64,000 bases of DNA, from contig OZ316893.1 in assembly GCA_973895155.1 (NCBI GenBank), positions 3,702,490 through 3,766,489 of the forward strand. Reading direction: 5' to 3'. A program made the position numbers and the translations under genes. Origin of the DNA: Marsupella aquatica. Lineage: Eukaryota > Plantae > Marchantiophyta. Shown in pieces: positions 38,575-52,582 of this stretch (the first letter of the stretch is position 1; every line of letters begins with the position of its first letter). The notes beneath the pieces are model-generated. The model saw nothing but the letters and a program-made list of their open reading frames with translations. It had not been told where the DNA came from and made no database searches.

Positions 38575-38760
38575 TCACCTTATGTGTCTGACCCTAATGC
38601 GGCAGCCACCACCACGCCAGGCCCAAAGTCCATGTGCCTTCCATTGCAAATTTCCGGATTTCCATATTTGTGTCCATACAGGAAAGTTGTTAAAGTTGTT
38701 GGTTAAGTTTTGAGCCCGTGGGCTCCCTTTACGGTAGCCAAAGATCAACTCCCACAACTT
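38575..38760. repeat. Old dispersed repeat, second copy at ~58830-59030
   Basis: Colinear blocks aatgc(g/a)gcagcca..caaag(t/c)ccatgtgcctt..ttccgga..gttaagt..cccgtgggct..tagc(c/t)aaagatc at both loci. Confidence 0.65.
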
Positions 38761-38834
38761 CTATGTGAGTTCTCATAACTCAGGACGTTATCCTGGAATT
38801 GTCGAGCTTTGAGCCACCCTGGTACGAACCATCA

Positions 38835-39740
38835 GGTTTGGGCGTGCCCAAAGAAGGACTGAACCAGATCCCTCCTTCAACTTGTGGATTTGGTGGGCAC
38901 CAACGATGGCTTTTAGACTTCCAAGGCACTTTAGATGATGGACTGTCCAAAGGGCATGAATCTCAGTTACACCTCACACTTGAACAGAGTCAACTTTGGG
39001 TCCTTTGCTGCATAAAGCACCATCACTAGACTCAGAACCCAAGGCAATCTGCAGAATGTATTGAATTTTGGAGTGACCTCAATTTGAGTTAAATGGTGTT
39101 TGATGTGATCTATGAAGGTTGAGCTAAGTTGGACTTCATGTACATCTCCAACACTCAATCCATATACCCAAAAATCAGTTTTTAACAAGCTACAAATCTA
39201 CACTCACGCAGTTTTGTTTTGTCATTTGTCATTTTAAAATGGATTGGATACAACATCCAGTCAATCAGTTTCTGGACTGATTGAAGAACTCCATTCAAGA
39301 ACAAAATTGATGGCTTGCAAAACAAATGACTAAAGAAAAGTCCAAATGTACACCAGATTGCAGTTTGTGAAAAAGTGAATTTTGAGGATACAGGATTGAG
39401 TGTTGATGATGTCCAAAATTTCTAAATTATTTTCAGTTAATAGCTTGAAATCATAGAACCAAACTATTTTCAGCTCAAATAGAGTTCACTCCATCATCCA
39501 TTAAAAATTAAATTTTAATAAAAATCAACCTTCTGCAGATTGCATTGAGCCCAAGTCAAGTGGTGGTGCCCTATGTAGCAGCCAAGGGCTCAAAGTCAAC
39601 CGCGTTCAAGTGTGAGGTGTAATTGGAATTTCAAGTACTTTTGACGAGGGCCTTATTAAGTCTAAATCCATCTTGTGCCCATCAAGTCCACAAAATGCAG
39701 GAGAGGCCCGGCTAAGTCCTTTGGCGCATGCCCTGAACCA
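38835..39740. mobile_element. Degenerate foldback element (~900 bp, almost entirely inverted repeat)
   Basis: Symmetric pairs about ~39270: ttacacctcacacttgaac / gttcaagtgtgaggtgtaa; gcaatctgcagaa / ttctgcagattgc; caacactcaatcc / ggattgagtgttg; tttagactt / aagtctaaa. Confidence 0.75.
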
Positions 39741-41123
39741 AAACTTAAAAAACAAATCTTGTTTAATGGTAGGAATTCAGGTATTTCTCCACCTTTCTGA
39801 CAATCAAGGACAGACAACCATCAGGTTAGTGCTGGCCTTGAGCCAAAAGCTAATATTTTTCTTTCCATGATAGGAATTCAAGCATTTCTCCACCTTTCGT
39901 TATACTCAGGGATAGGCAATGGTTTGTGGGGCACCATGTCTAGTATGATGGCTAGGGATGGAAATAACTTTACCTTGTTTTGAGTCTCCTGGTTGGTGAT
40001 TGAATCCAGCTCCTGGCTTATGTGTAATCCAGGTTTTGGGCAATCTCCCATCATCCTTAGATTGTCCTGCCTTGTATTGGATGGTGTATTGTATGGTGTT
40101 TTGGGCTAGTGTCCTTGTCTAGCCTAATGCCAGGCCTGCTATAGATGCTTTTCCAAGGACATTTCTTGAAAGAGCTTCCAGGCTTGGAGCCCAACTCAGA
40201 TTTTATTTTATTTTTGGAATGCTTAAATATCTGCCCTGGTTCACACATCTGCCCCAAACTTCTCCGTTATTAAATTTGTAACATTCCGTATTCCTTCTTG
40301 GTCAATTGTTAGCTCTTCTTCCCCTACAACTTTAGGGTGTCCTAGAAACATCAGGCAATCCCATAAAATGTGCCACCTCTGTTGGACATCCCCCTTTCCA
40401 TCGCCATACTTTTTCAACAGGAACCCTAGGCAGGACGAAAATTGTCGTGCTCGCTAATGACCTCCGAGCCTTGTATCCATCCATGAGACTGCAACTTATT
40501 CTGATTATCAGACAGACTGCTTCTGGCACAACCATCTAGAAAAAACAACTCGAATGCGATCCCACTAGGAATACTTCCCCTTTAGACTGATACTCTCAAT
40601 CAGGAAGAGTGAGATCCTTTACCTGGACACAATTTGGTCACTCCGATATCACCTACAGCCTCATGTAATGAACGCATAATTCAAGGATTTTGTACAGCAG
40701 TCTCAATCACATCATAAGTACGCCATATAAAAATAAAATATCATTGTATCCTTCAACTGACAAAATACTATGTTCTCAGATCCCACCGTAAGGCGTGGTC
40801 CAGACTGTATCCGAAGCAGGCATCCGGAACAAGAGTGCTCTGTGCTGAATAGCTTAATTCTGTTTTAAAGGTCAAATCCTCGAGCTAAATTCTTAATACA
40901 GACCGGCACAGTACGAATCACATTATTGAAGGTGCACAAACAATTGATATCCATCCATAACCGGTCCAAATATACATTCGTCCAAACATTGAACATTAAT
41001 GCATAGGATCTCCTATGAACCCATTCCAGGCAGACAATTCAATGAAACATAAAATGGATCCGAGTTCCTAACACCACCTGTGCCAATGTGCAGAAACAAA
41101 TTCCGCCACATATTTCACTTAAC

Positions 41124-44100
41124 TTAGCTTGCTATCATGTTTACACTTTCAGCACTAGTTCGGGAATGCTCGCTCAACATTTGGGACTTTACACTAGGAG
41201 CATTGGGGTAAATGAACAACTGAGTGCTAAGCGGAGATGGCTGGAATCCTGCAGAAAACCGTGTAGATGTGAACCGCACTTGAGGCAGCTGCTGCATACC
41301 CGCAGCAATTGGTACAAGCTTAAAGGACAGGGTGTGGGTGCACTTTGGCAGAATGGCGAGCGTATCACTGTGAGCTCCAGCAAAGATAAAGCTTTGAGTG
41401 TCAAAGACTGAAAACGTGACCTCCTGAAGATTATTCGTTCCATTCTGAACTTTGATAGAGCACATGAAAGGTACCCCCAAGAGGCCATAAGGAGGGCAGT
41501 CAAATGTGACTACCAGCGGAGGAGCCTCGACTAAAACTGGAGACATAGGAAAAGATCTTACCATAGGACTTGACAACCCCTGTGAACTGCTGACTGAGTT
41601 CTCAGGGATATCTGATTGAGTGGCAGTTTCAGACGGCTCTGCTCGTTGCCAGGAAAGTTGAATAGTTCCAATCTCAAGTGTAGAAGCAGTTAATGGTCTA
41701 ACACGAAAAATTTGTGTGAAGACCTCACAGGGAGAGAGAAAGGCACCAGCAGAGTCGACGTGGCTTCCAGATTTTCTTACTGTGCAGTCTTCTAGGCTCT
41801 TCTCTACTACATTAGCGGAGAGAAGACGAACACTGACAGAAGAAGCATTCTTGACTGTGACTAGAAGAGCACTTGCTTCATTTAATGGTAATGCTGCAGC
41901 TGGCTGGGGCTGTCCCGGTGCTAGGCCACTAGGTAGTAGGTAGTCTTTTCTGAAAGGGGCCATGTATTGATAAGAGACTTCCAAAGCTTCCTCACACTCA
42001 AGATGGACACTAGTCTCCACGCGAAAAGCATGCCTCGCTTTGCCTTCTTCGTCAGATGCAGAGCTTACTTCTGTCTGGTAGCCAAGAAGACCGATCAAAT
42101 TTACAGACTTGGGCTCCAACCATCTCAAAAATATAGTCGTCGACCAACTTTGGTCCACTTCCAATGGTGGAACAAGTAGAGACCCCGCAAACGTCATGTA
42201 TGAACCCCGCACTTCAGAATCTTCAACGAGGAGCTCCACACCGTCTTTTGTAGACACCGGGGTGGGTGCCACATACCGAGGTGTTGCAGACGATGCTCGG
42301 AGCAAATTGCCAAGATATACTTCCAATTCACCCGACATCAATTTATGACCTTTTGATACGACAACAAGTCTCACAGGATAAGCCTCTCCAACTAGCCCTG
42401 GTCCCGAAGTCTTTAACTGAATATCAACCAGAGCTTCTGGCTCCTCCACTTGAATTGTCTTTTGCCCAAAATAAGCAAGAGTGGTATCCTTGACTGGGGT
42501 AGTGTATAACCCAGGCTCATATATCCAAAGAGGAATTACATCCCGTGTTGCTGGACTTTCAACTTGGCACCGTACCGTTGCGTGAGGACCAACACGGGCA
42601 ACCACCGCGATACATTCAAGCTTTCCAGATTGGCCTGCAAACAGCAATATGTAAACAATCAGTCGTCTTCAACGATGACACTACTCTTCAAACGAGATAA
42701 GGCAGACATGACTAACAGAAAGCCAAAACCAGCACAAAGAATCTCACTTGGAATGATGTCAACTGTGAATCTCTTCCACTTGCGTGGCTCCAGTTTTAAG
42801 TCGAAGTCATCTCTGAGGGACAAGCCTTCAGTGGAAGGAGCCTCTGGAACCAACTGCGAGTCATCCAGAAGAGGACTTGCTTTGTCTCTGAGGATAACGC
42901 CACACCCAGGCTGATTGAAGTGAACTTCAAGGTCCCGAAGCACAACAGGTAAGGGTAAATGGGTTAAAAGTGAAACAGTTAAAGGGGTCTTTACACCAGG
43001 TCGTACTAATTGATCATGGAAAGCAACGCAGGCTGACAACGCTATCCTTAGGGGGCTTACAAGATCTACCTCAAGGGCGATTCCCTTTTCGGACGTCACT
43101 AACAGTCCACTTTCACCCTCACGAGCAGGCAAGATTGCTTCAGATCCACGCAAAAGCCCCAAAACTTCCTGGTAAACCTGCTCCCTCTGAAATTGGCCAA
43201 GGGGCCCAGCTGGACCAACTTCTGGCCCAGAAATTACACTTTGCTCAACATTGGGACGAAAAGTCAAAGGTATCGGAAGAGAAGCCAGCTCTAAAGCATA
43301 CTCCACATACTCTTGTAGCAAACCCAGCTGTCTTGCGCATTCTCTAAGATAACCGAGTGTTGCTCCAAGAGGGACAACCCAGGCTTCTTTCCTGTACATC
43401 CCTGCAACGCTATCAAAGAGGCGTTTAGCCTTCTCGTACTCTCGGGCATTGTAGTATTCACGGCCCATTTCACTACCCAGCATATATATTATTCGATTTG
43501 CCTGAATTGCCTTAAACATATCGTGGGCTTTCGTAAGTAGAGAAATTGCAGCATGAGAATGTGAGAAAGTTTTCTCAACCATAATTGCATGCCTCATGAA
43601 TTCTGCCTCTGTTAGGCTGCACAAACAACCAACAGGACAACTTTCACTTAAACCATGTCAATAAATGTATAGATGATCCATTTTAAGAGCCCACGTTCCC
43701 ATGTTTAGACATGTGTAGAGGAAATGCTCTCAATCATATCGTATTTATCAAAAACGTACCTTTGCACATCAGGAGTATTGCCACGTTTTAGTAATCGAGG
43801 AGATTGCCCAACGTACAATGCTGGCCCGATCTCCTCTCGAGAGCCAGCTAATACATCTACAGCCCCTTCTTCATCAAATGCTTCAAACGTAGCAATGGCA
43901 GCCTCAAAAGCTCGTCTTCTTTGGGCCATATGAGAAGCTGCCAACTGTTGCAAAACAGACGAACCCAATAGGTACAATCACCGAGTAGCTTCAAAGGATA
44001 GATCAATAAGAACAACCCAGCATGGACTCTGCTTGCCACGTGATAAGGAGTAGGGTTTATTGGGTTGACACCTGCGCATATAAATTCCTTGTACGCATAT

Positions 44101-46989
44101 ATAGAAATTGTCAATGCAAGATGTAAGTTCTTTCCTCGCCAGCTCTATTACCCCACTCAAAGTATTAAAAAAATCCAGAATTGAAGTTCCCTGGATCATT
44201 TTTTAGCTTCCCAAAAGAAAAAACCTTAAACAAATGTTGCGCACCTCAACATAAAATGGGTAAACAGCACTCGGATTTCCTCATGATTTCCCGTACCTGG
44301 AGGTAATAGCCAGGCTGCAGCTCACGATCTGTCACAGGAGGCCCTGGAGAGAGGACTGTTGCTACAGTCAGAGACGAAGTGCCCAGACTATTCTCCAACA
44401 GTTCTGCAAAGACTTGAAACTGTTTAGAGACCCAGGCCCAGTGCAAAAAAGCACCCTCGAGAGGCCCGACCATACTTTTGTACAACGCAATGTGCTGTCT
44501 GAACCATTTTACAGCTTCACTCTCCTTGCCACTGTGCAGAAGGAGGGTTGAAATTTTGAAATGGAGTTGCTCTGCAACAGCTTTCAACTCCACAACTCTC
44601 TGAACTGGCTGAAGCTCCATTGGCGTGGTGATGACCTGCCCAAAAAGTGACGATTATTTTGAGGCAGAACGTCAAGAGAACAAACGCTGAGAGAACACTG
44701 ATCACACCCGCCCAACAGTCTAAATTGCACCTATTTAAGACTCTTCCCTGAAAAGCCAGCAAACCTTCGCATTATTCGTCCAACTGGAAAACAGCTACTA
44801 GCAAGCATTGGTGAGACAATCAGACGACGTCCTCCCGTATATTGGAACAGACTGGTGTACACTACTGTGACAATCTGTGCCCAATACACAGACTACAGGG
44901 AATCAACCTTGAATGATGAGAAGAAGCACCTCCAGCAGGAGAGAATACGCTGTCTCATAAAACTTGAGAGCTGTCACCCAGTCTCTTCGAAACTCAGCGA
45001 ACACAGCAACCTGCCCACAAAATTGTGAAGGTAGATCAGTGTCAATTACTGATGATACAACTAAAGCACTCCCAATAGCATGAGATCAAATGGGCATTGT
45101 GTTCAAATATTGGTTTTGTGTTTGAGTATTGGAATTGTCCTATGATTCATGAATTTTTTGTGTGCGGCTAAGGAGACTGTCTCTACAAACCTTAAAGTTG
45201 TAGCGAACACTGAGCTCCACTGAGCTATAGGTTTTCTTCTCGAGGCGAAGTTTCACCCTACGCCCCTCATCTCTATAATAAATGTTGGCCAATTCACCCA
45301 TTAAGCCGCCTAGTCTGCGATTTATCACCGTGATCGAGTCAGTCAGACAAATGTCTTAACTTTCAACTCATACAACTTAATAGACTATCCAATCGCAGAA
45401 AACTAAGGATGATGTTCAGCAACAAGACCAAGGTCCTTCCCGAACACCAACCTTGCAAGGGACCGTTGGAGTTCAGTGGGATCGCCAGTAACGAACACGA
45501 GGCAGTTCTTTGAGTCAATATCGGCACGCTTTCTAAGAGCTGCCAATCTGTCTTCGTTAACGTCGCCTGCATCAACATTCCAACGATCACATTGAAGGGA
45601 AAATTAGCTGAAATATGGAGAACCAAAGCAATGGAAGAATTTAGTAGAGACAAAAGCCCTAAAATAAACCGCAATGTCTTGCTAGAGGTGCCCCTAGACA
45701 ACATACCGGCATTCAATGGCTACCAGCTTAACGAATCAACTACCGTTGTGGAGGTGGCCACTTGAGCCAAGAACATGTAAATCGCAGTCGACTACAGAAG
45801 CTTTCGAGATCTCAATGTCAAGGGCAGGCCCACATATTGTAGAACCATGACCATGACCTCATAAAATATGACCAGGTAGATACTGCAAGGAAGCATTGAA
45901 ATTTTTACAAATTCAAAGAGAGTCAAGGGTTTCCTCGAAAGGTATATAATGACCAGATAGTGCTGGTTGGACAATTGCTATAACAAGCTTGGTATTCCTT
46001 CCACGAATCACATTCCTGCTCATCCCACAACCGGAAGCCGCAGAAAAAGCGAGTCAATTGCAGCCCTTAAACTTTATTAAAAATTACAGGGAACCAAAAC
46101 TACAGACGACCCTTTTGAAATCAACCACACTTATCAGACTCTGAGAGTTTTCGAGCACCAGATCGATGCGCTGAATGGACTGGTCTTCTATTGGAAATAT
46201 GGAATCAAAAATTGAATGGCATGTAAAACAACTAACAAATATTACTGTGAAGAGATGGTCAGCCTCGCTGGAGCCTAGACACAGTCAATTGCCCACTAAA
46301 ACAGCCAATCCAGAGGACGTGTTCTTGGCTTGGATATTGGCAACCACATCTTAACTCCTTTCCAAAAAGCTGAATATTCCTTCCAGATTTCTCATTATTC
46401 CATTCGAAACAACCAGTGAATGCAATGTAATTATTGTAGCCTCGTGAATCTCTAATCCAAAGAAGTTCTACTTGGCTTGGATGGTCAGCCAAATTTGGCT
46501 GAGACGATTGCCGACTGAATCAGCTAGTCGAGTAGGGTATTGGCAAGAGCTAATTCAACCGTTACAGCGATCCAAAGGACCTACGCAAGTCGAACGATGC
46601 AAGCCAGAATTCTGTGGAGAAGAAACGGGAGAGAGGAGCATTTACTTAATCGTATCGATGTTGTCGCAGACTCGAAGCCACTGACTGGGGTCGCCATAGA
46701 CCTGCTCGCGGTCCAAGAGCACGGCGAGAACCGCGGGAGAGCGAGTCCGGTGCTTGGCCAGCCAGTCCGCCTTCAGGATCCCGACGGGGGGAGGCATTCG
46801 GGCATCCACAGCCTTCCTCTCCTTTCCACCAACTACGGCCACTTTCGAGAAATCGGGGATGGCGAGCGTGTTCAGAGGTGGCTGCTCCGATTGCAACGAC
46901 AACGAGATCATCGAATGTAGCTCATGCATCCCCACCAACGCCACGAGTGGCATCGGTGGAGTGCGAAGCTCCTCGGGATACTGATCCAT
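41124..46989 (-). CDS. TRAPPC11: Trafficking protein particle complex subunit 11, multi-exon
   Basis: MDQYPEELRTPP start; GILKADWLAKHRT; YYRDEGRRVK..SVRYNFK|VAVFAEFRRDW; ELKAVAEQLHFK; PGYYLQ; C-terminal Gryzun-like region ending GMQQLP. About 10 GT-AG exons. Confidence 0.95.
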
Positions 46990-47437
46990 CTTCCCTCACC
47001 TCACCTAGCCCCAATCAGTACCGCGATCCACCCCAATCTTCACCACTCCCACACTGCTACTCGATCATCTGCGAAGCCTATATTCCCGAGCGAAGTGAGG
47101 GTTCTCACCCAAAGCTATGTCCGTCCGTCCGTCCACCAGCCTTGTCCGCAGGGAATCTCAACCTTTGTCAGTTGCGTGTTGGACCATGAAACCGGAATTC
47201 CTGACTGACATTCAAGAGGGAAGTGGAGGAGCCATCATCGCTCACGTTTGAGTACGTCAACTTCATTCCAAGCTCACTGAAATACTGAATGTTCGGAAAA
47301 GCCCGTGGACATATAGAGTACAGAGTGTGACATTATTCCGTGCTAAGATTTCTGTGCTGAGTTTCGGGCAAAATGCTTAAAGGCATCATATTTTTCAGGA
47401 AAACGATTCCAAACGGTTTGCAAATTCTTTCAGAAGT

Positions 47438-47881
47438 AAATTGGCCTTCCCTTCTGTTATATGTGCCCATATAAGATCCTCCTTCCTTCTTCAGAACTAA
47501 ATTGGCCTTCCCATCTGTTTTTTTAATTTTTTTAATTTTTTTAAATATAAGTTTATTAATAGCCAGTGACCCCATGGCCATGACCAGCGGGGAAAAAAGG
47601 ACATCACAAGCCCCAAGGCCCACAGGCACAGCCACCAAACGCCGAGCCATGACGGATGGCCTTCCAATCTGTTATATGTGCCCATATAAAAGCCTCCTCT
47701 CCCTCAGTACTCATTTCTGTCATGTGGTGAAAGTGTCTCACCATAAAAGGTGGAGCACTTGCCAATACAAGGTTATGCATTCACCACCTTTCACTACTCC
47801 TCATTTCTGTCATATGGTGAAAGTGTCCCACCATAAAAGGTGGAGCACTTGACAAAAAAAAGGTTATGCACTCACCACCTT
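47438..47881. repeat. Short tandem and dispersed duplications upstream of TRAPPC11
   Basis: ~90-bp unit tcatttctgtcat..ggtggagcactt..tcaccacctt at ~47710 and ~47800; ctgttatatgtgcccatataa at ~47454 and ~47669. Confidence 0.7.
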
Positions 47882-49351
47882 GTTGTGGAACTCAAGCCTA
47901 TTCTTGAACCTCTGAACTTTGTAATGAGAGGTTAGTTGTAGCACTTTATAGGTGCACTGGTGGTTTAAACCTAACTTAGAAGGACCAAGACAGAGTGGTA
48001 GTAGATTGATAGAGCTTAGATTTTGCCTCCGGGAGCTTGAGAAAATGCTTTGCCCTGGTTCCTAAAGACTTGAATGAGACAGTGGTAATTAATAGAGTGT
48101 TGAGTGATACAGCTCAAATAGCTCCCCGGATTCTTCTATGTAAATTATGCTTAATTTAGGCCTACTTGCAGCTGTTACTAACTTAATTGTTCATCTAATA
48201 GGGGGTCTCAAACCTCAAAATTTTAGTAATTGTTCTTATTGACAGAAAAAGTTATGGACTACCGATTCATAGTCCATAAAGATTGCTCATGTGCCATGGC
48301 ATAACCCATTGTAGAGGCTGTAGGTTAACTCAGTCTTGGGTTGAACTATGGTTAGTATGTTAACTAGGGTTAGAGTAAACCCTAGTTGAAGAGTTGGTCC
48401 TTATCTCTTGAACTTCTATGTGGTGTGAGAACACACAAGAGAGTTCTCAAGAGTTCTCACTGTGATATAGCAAGAGATGAGAGCTTGAAGAGATGAGAGC
48501 TATGGTGATGCTTGACCCTAATCAAATGTGATCCAAAGGTAGGATATACAATTACACTTAGACACCTCTAGACCTTGACCCCCGCACAGGTATGACCGGG
48601 AATAGAACTGAAACTGCGCATGATAGTATGGCTAGAGTGAAGCCTTAGTCTATAGCCTGACTCTAGGGCACATCTAAGGTTGGGGTAGAACTGGAAACAG
48701 GCATGATGGTATTGACCATCTATTTAAGAGCAAAGCTCAGGCATTTAGGCTAGATCTTACTAATTTGATTTGGGTGACTCCACAAACTTTGGAGATGAAA
48801 TGTCTGGGCGTAGCAGGTGTTGAACTAAGACGTCATTCGCAACGACCATACAACCATGACTTATTCCATGCACACGTAGTCGACACAATCTCTACGTGGT
48901 TCACCTCTTCTCCAAGGCTATGTCCACACGAACACTCAAGCTTTACTTCAAGAGTAAACGAACACACATGCTCTCCCTCTTCCTCAAGTTGCTCCGTTAC
49001 AAAATGAGTAAGCACCACTCACCAGCGGCTTACACTAGCCCATATACAAGGTCACACACGACTAACCTAACCTCAGCTAAGACCCTACCTGTGGTTAGCC
49101 TAAGTGCCGTAACTTTTGAGTCACAAGACTAAGAGCAATCCTTAACAAACTCCCCCTTGACTCTAGTCTTGGGGACTGCAATTTCTGCTATCCATATGAG
49201 ATACTCAGCGGGAAATTCTAGACAATCACCTAAAACCATAGGTGTCCCCCTAAAAACCATTTAAGGTTAACTAAGAGTTAACTAGAATTAAGCCGTAGCC
49301 ATAACAGGATTGAGTAACTCATATACAGAAATCACATCTTGTTAAGTTACT

Positions 49352-52300
49352 CTACTTGTGCTGCAAATGCAAAACCTGCAAAGTAGCACGGTGTCTTGAG
49401 TAACTCTCCAAAGGAATCACTTTGGTAAAAGCATCAGTCGGGTTGAGTTTTCCATCAATCTTGACTAGCTCAAACATTTTGTCAGACATTGCTTGTCTAA
49501 TAAAATGGTACCTGATGTCAATGTGCTTCACCCTGCTATCCATCACCTGGTTAATAGCTAGGTGAAGCGCACTCTGGCTGTCACAATGAAGAGCCATTTT
49601 TCCATGCTCCAATCCCATCTCAGTGACCAGCTTATCCAACCAAATTGCTTCCTTTGCTGCTTCTGCTACTGCAACATATTCTGCTTCTGTAGTAGACTGA
49701 GATACACACTTCTGCAAGGTAGATCTCCAACTTATGCATCCTCCTCCAAGAGTAAACACATACCCAGTCGTTGACCTCCTTGTTTCCAGATAGCCTCCGT
49801 AGTCAGAATCTACATAGCCAACCAATGATTTGGTTTTGTTTGATTTACTATCAAACAACAGACCATAGTCTATTGTGCCTTTAAGATACCTGAGAATCCA
49901 TTTCACAGCCTCCCAATGTACCTTCCCTGGATTTGACATGAATCTACTCACTTTGCCCATTGCTAGGGCTAGATCAGGCCTAGTACATGTCATCAAATAC
50001 ATTAGACTGCCCACTGCCTTCTCATAAGGAACCTTAGTCATCAAGCCTCTCTCCACTGGATCCGTGGGGCAGAAAGCCGATGATAACTTGAAATGTGGAG
50101 CCAAAGGAATACTTACTGGCTTACAATTTTCCATGTTGAATCTTGCAAGTACCTTTTCAGCATACTTGCCTTGATTCAGCCACAATTGTCCAGTTTCAAA
50201 GTTCCTTGTAATCTCCATACCTAAGATCCTTTTGGCTTTCCCAAGATCCTTCATTCGAAATTCAGAACTCAATTTTGCTTTGAGTTTGTCAACCTCAGTT
50301 TGATCCTTAGCCGCAATCAACATGTCATCCACATAGAACACCAAAATGAACAAACCAAACACACCATTCTTGACTAATTTTGTATACACACAAGGGTCAT
50401 ACACCATCCTAGTAAATCCTTGTGCAAGCATGAAATCATCAAACCGCTTGTTCCACTGTCGAGGAGCTTGCTTCAATCCATACAAGGACTTAAGCAACCT
50501 GCAAACTAAACTCTCTTGGCCCTTCTTCACAAAGCCTAGTGGTTGCCTCATGAAAATTTGTTCTTCCAAGGTGCCATAGAGAAAAGCAATAACAACATCC
50601 ATTTGATCTAACACCAGATCAAAAAACACAACAAGTTGACACAAAATTCATATCGTGGAATACTTGGCAATTGGAGAGAAGACCTCATTGTAATCCACTC
50701 CCTTCTCTTGAGTGAATCCCTTGGTAACAAGCCTTGCCTTGTATATCTTGTCTCCTCCATCTGAAGAGTTGTCCTTCAGCTTGTAAATCCACTTGCTATC
50801 CACCACTTGTTGATCACTTGGCAGCTGCACCAGCTCCCATGTTCTGTTGTCACTTAAAGATTGCAACTCCCTCTGCATCGCTGCATTCCATTCATCTTTC
50901 TCGTCTGAAATGCACGCCTCATGATAAGAAGAAGGTTCTCCTTCTTCCAAGATCAGTGCAATGTCAACATCATCTTCAGGTGCAATGTCAACATCATCTA
51001 ACTTTGATGAATCTGTCCATTGTCCATACCTTGTAGGAGCTCGAGTAGTACGTCTCGATTTTCTAGCTGATGATTCTGGTTGATCTTGTTCTGTTGGTTG
51101 AATTTGAGGTATTCCAACAACAACCTGCTCCTCTTGTTCCAATACCGGAACCAGCTCCATTCTCGGAGCACCTCCTTCATTTATGTCATGAAAACTCTCA
51201 TGACCAATCTCCCCCACAACATGGTCCAGGATAGGAGATTTACCTTTGTCAGTACGGGAAGCCTGAGCATTCTCCCCCTCCTTTGATGATCTAGATTCAT
51301 TAAAGGATACATCTCTACTGACAAGCCATGTACAAGCTTTTGGATCCCATAGCCTGTAACCTTTCACACCTGGTTGATAACCAAGAAAAAGACACTTCTT
51401 GGAAGTAGAATCTAGTTTAGATCAATTTTGTTTAGGTGTGAGAGCATATGCATCACTTCCAAAGACTCTCAAAACCTGATAGTCTGCGTGCCGTCCATAC
51501 CTCATTTCAAATGGCGTCTTGAAATTGATTGCACTTGAAGGAGAAAGATTTACTAAATAAGTTGCCGTATTTATAGCTTCAGCCCAAAATTCATGCGGTA
51601 AACCTGATTGGCTCAACATACTCCTCGATCGCTCCAATAGTGTTCGGTTTAGCCGCTCACAAACACCATTCTGTTGAGGAGTATAAACTGTCATGAGATG
51701 ACGAGTAATCCCTTGCTCTGCACAATATAGTTCAAATTCACTTGAACTGTACTCCCTGCCGTTATCTGATCGCAGATATCTCACCTTGGATCCAGTCTGA
51801 TTCTCAATTTGGACTTTCCACTTCTTAAAAGTGCCAAAAACTTCAGACTTGGCGTGTAGAAATGTGATCCACACATACCGTGAGTAATCATCAATGAACG
51901 TGACATAGTACAATTTTCCAGAAAGTGAGGGAGTTGGGGCTGGACCCCACACATCACTATGTACATATTCAAGTATAGCTTTGGTATTGTGAGTTCCAAC
52001 ACCAAAGGTTCTCCTGTGTTGCTTCCCAAGCACACAGTGTTCACAAAAATCTAGCTTAGTAGATTCCATATTAGAAAGAAGTCCTTTCCTGCGAAGTACC
52101 GCCAAACCCGTTTCACTCATGTGTCCTAATCTGCAGTGCCACAACTGAGTCATCTCGCATTGAGATCTAGTTACATTGGCTTCTTCACAAATTGCGTTGC
52201 CCTCCAACAGGTATAGATTCCTGTGCCGCTTACCCTTCATGATAACCTTGCCTCCGGTTGACACTTGAAGAATACCATCAGCAGAACTCCACCGACATCC

Positions 52301-52582
52301 ATTTGCTTCCAGCATTCCAAGAGAAATCAAGTTCTTTTTCATGTCAGGTATGTGTCTGACATTACTCACTGTTCGCACAGCTCCATCAAACATCCGAATT
52401 TTCACGGATCCAATTCCAATAATTTGACAAGGATGATGATTCCCCATCAACACGGAACCGGTTGATACTAAGTAAGAACTAAAAAACTCTTTCATACAAC
52501 AAATATGATAGGTACAGGCACAGTCTAAAATCCATTCATCACCGTTGTTACTGGACGAAATGCAAAGGGCAACATCTTGACT
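49352..52582 (-). pseudogene. pol: copia pol (PR-IN-RT-RH) of copy 2, in frame with gag, two internal TGA stops (~51422 and ~50648)
   Basis: WILDCAC, WHCRLGH, LRSDNGREY, PQQNGVCER, YVDDM, KHIDIRYHF, all in a single frame. Confidence 0.92.

Noticed and set aside
47880-48817. Possible additional LTR remnant left of copia copy 2
   Set aside because: The composition is LTR-like, but no ends or TSD could be defined by eye.
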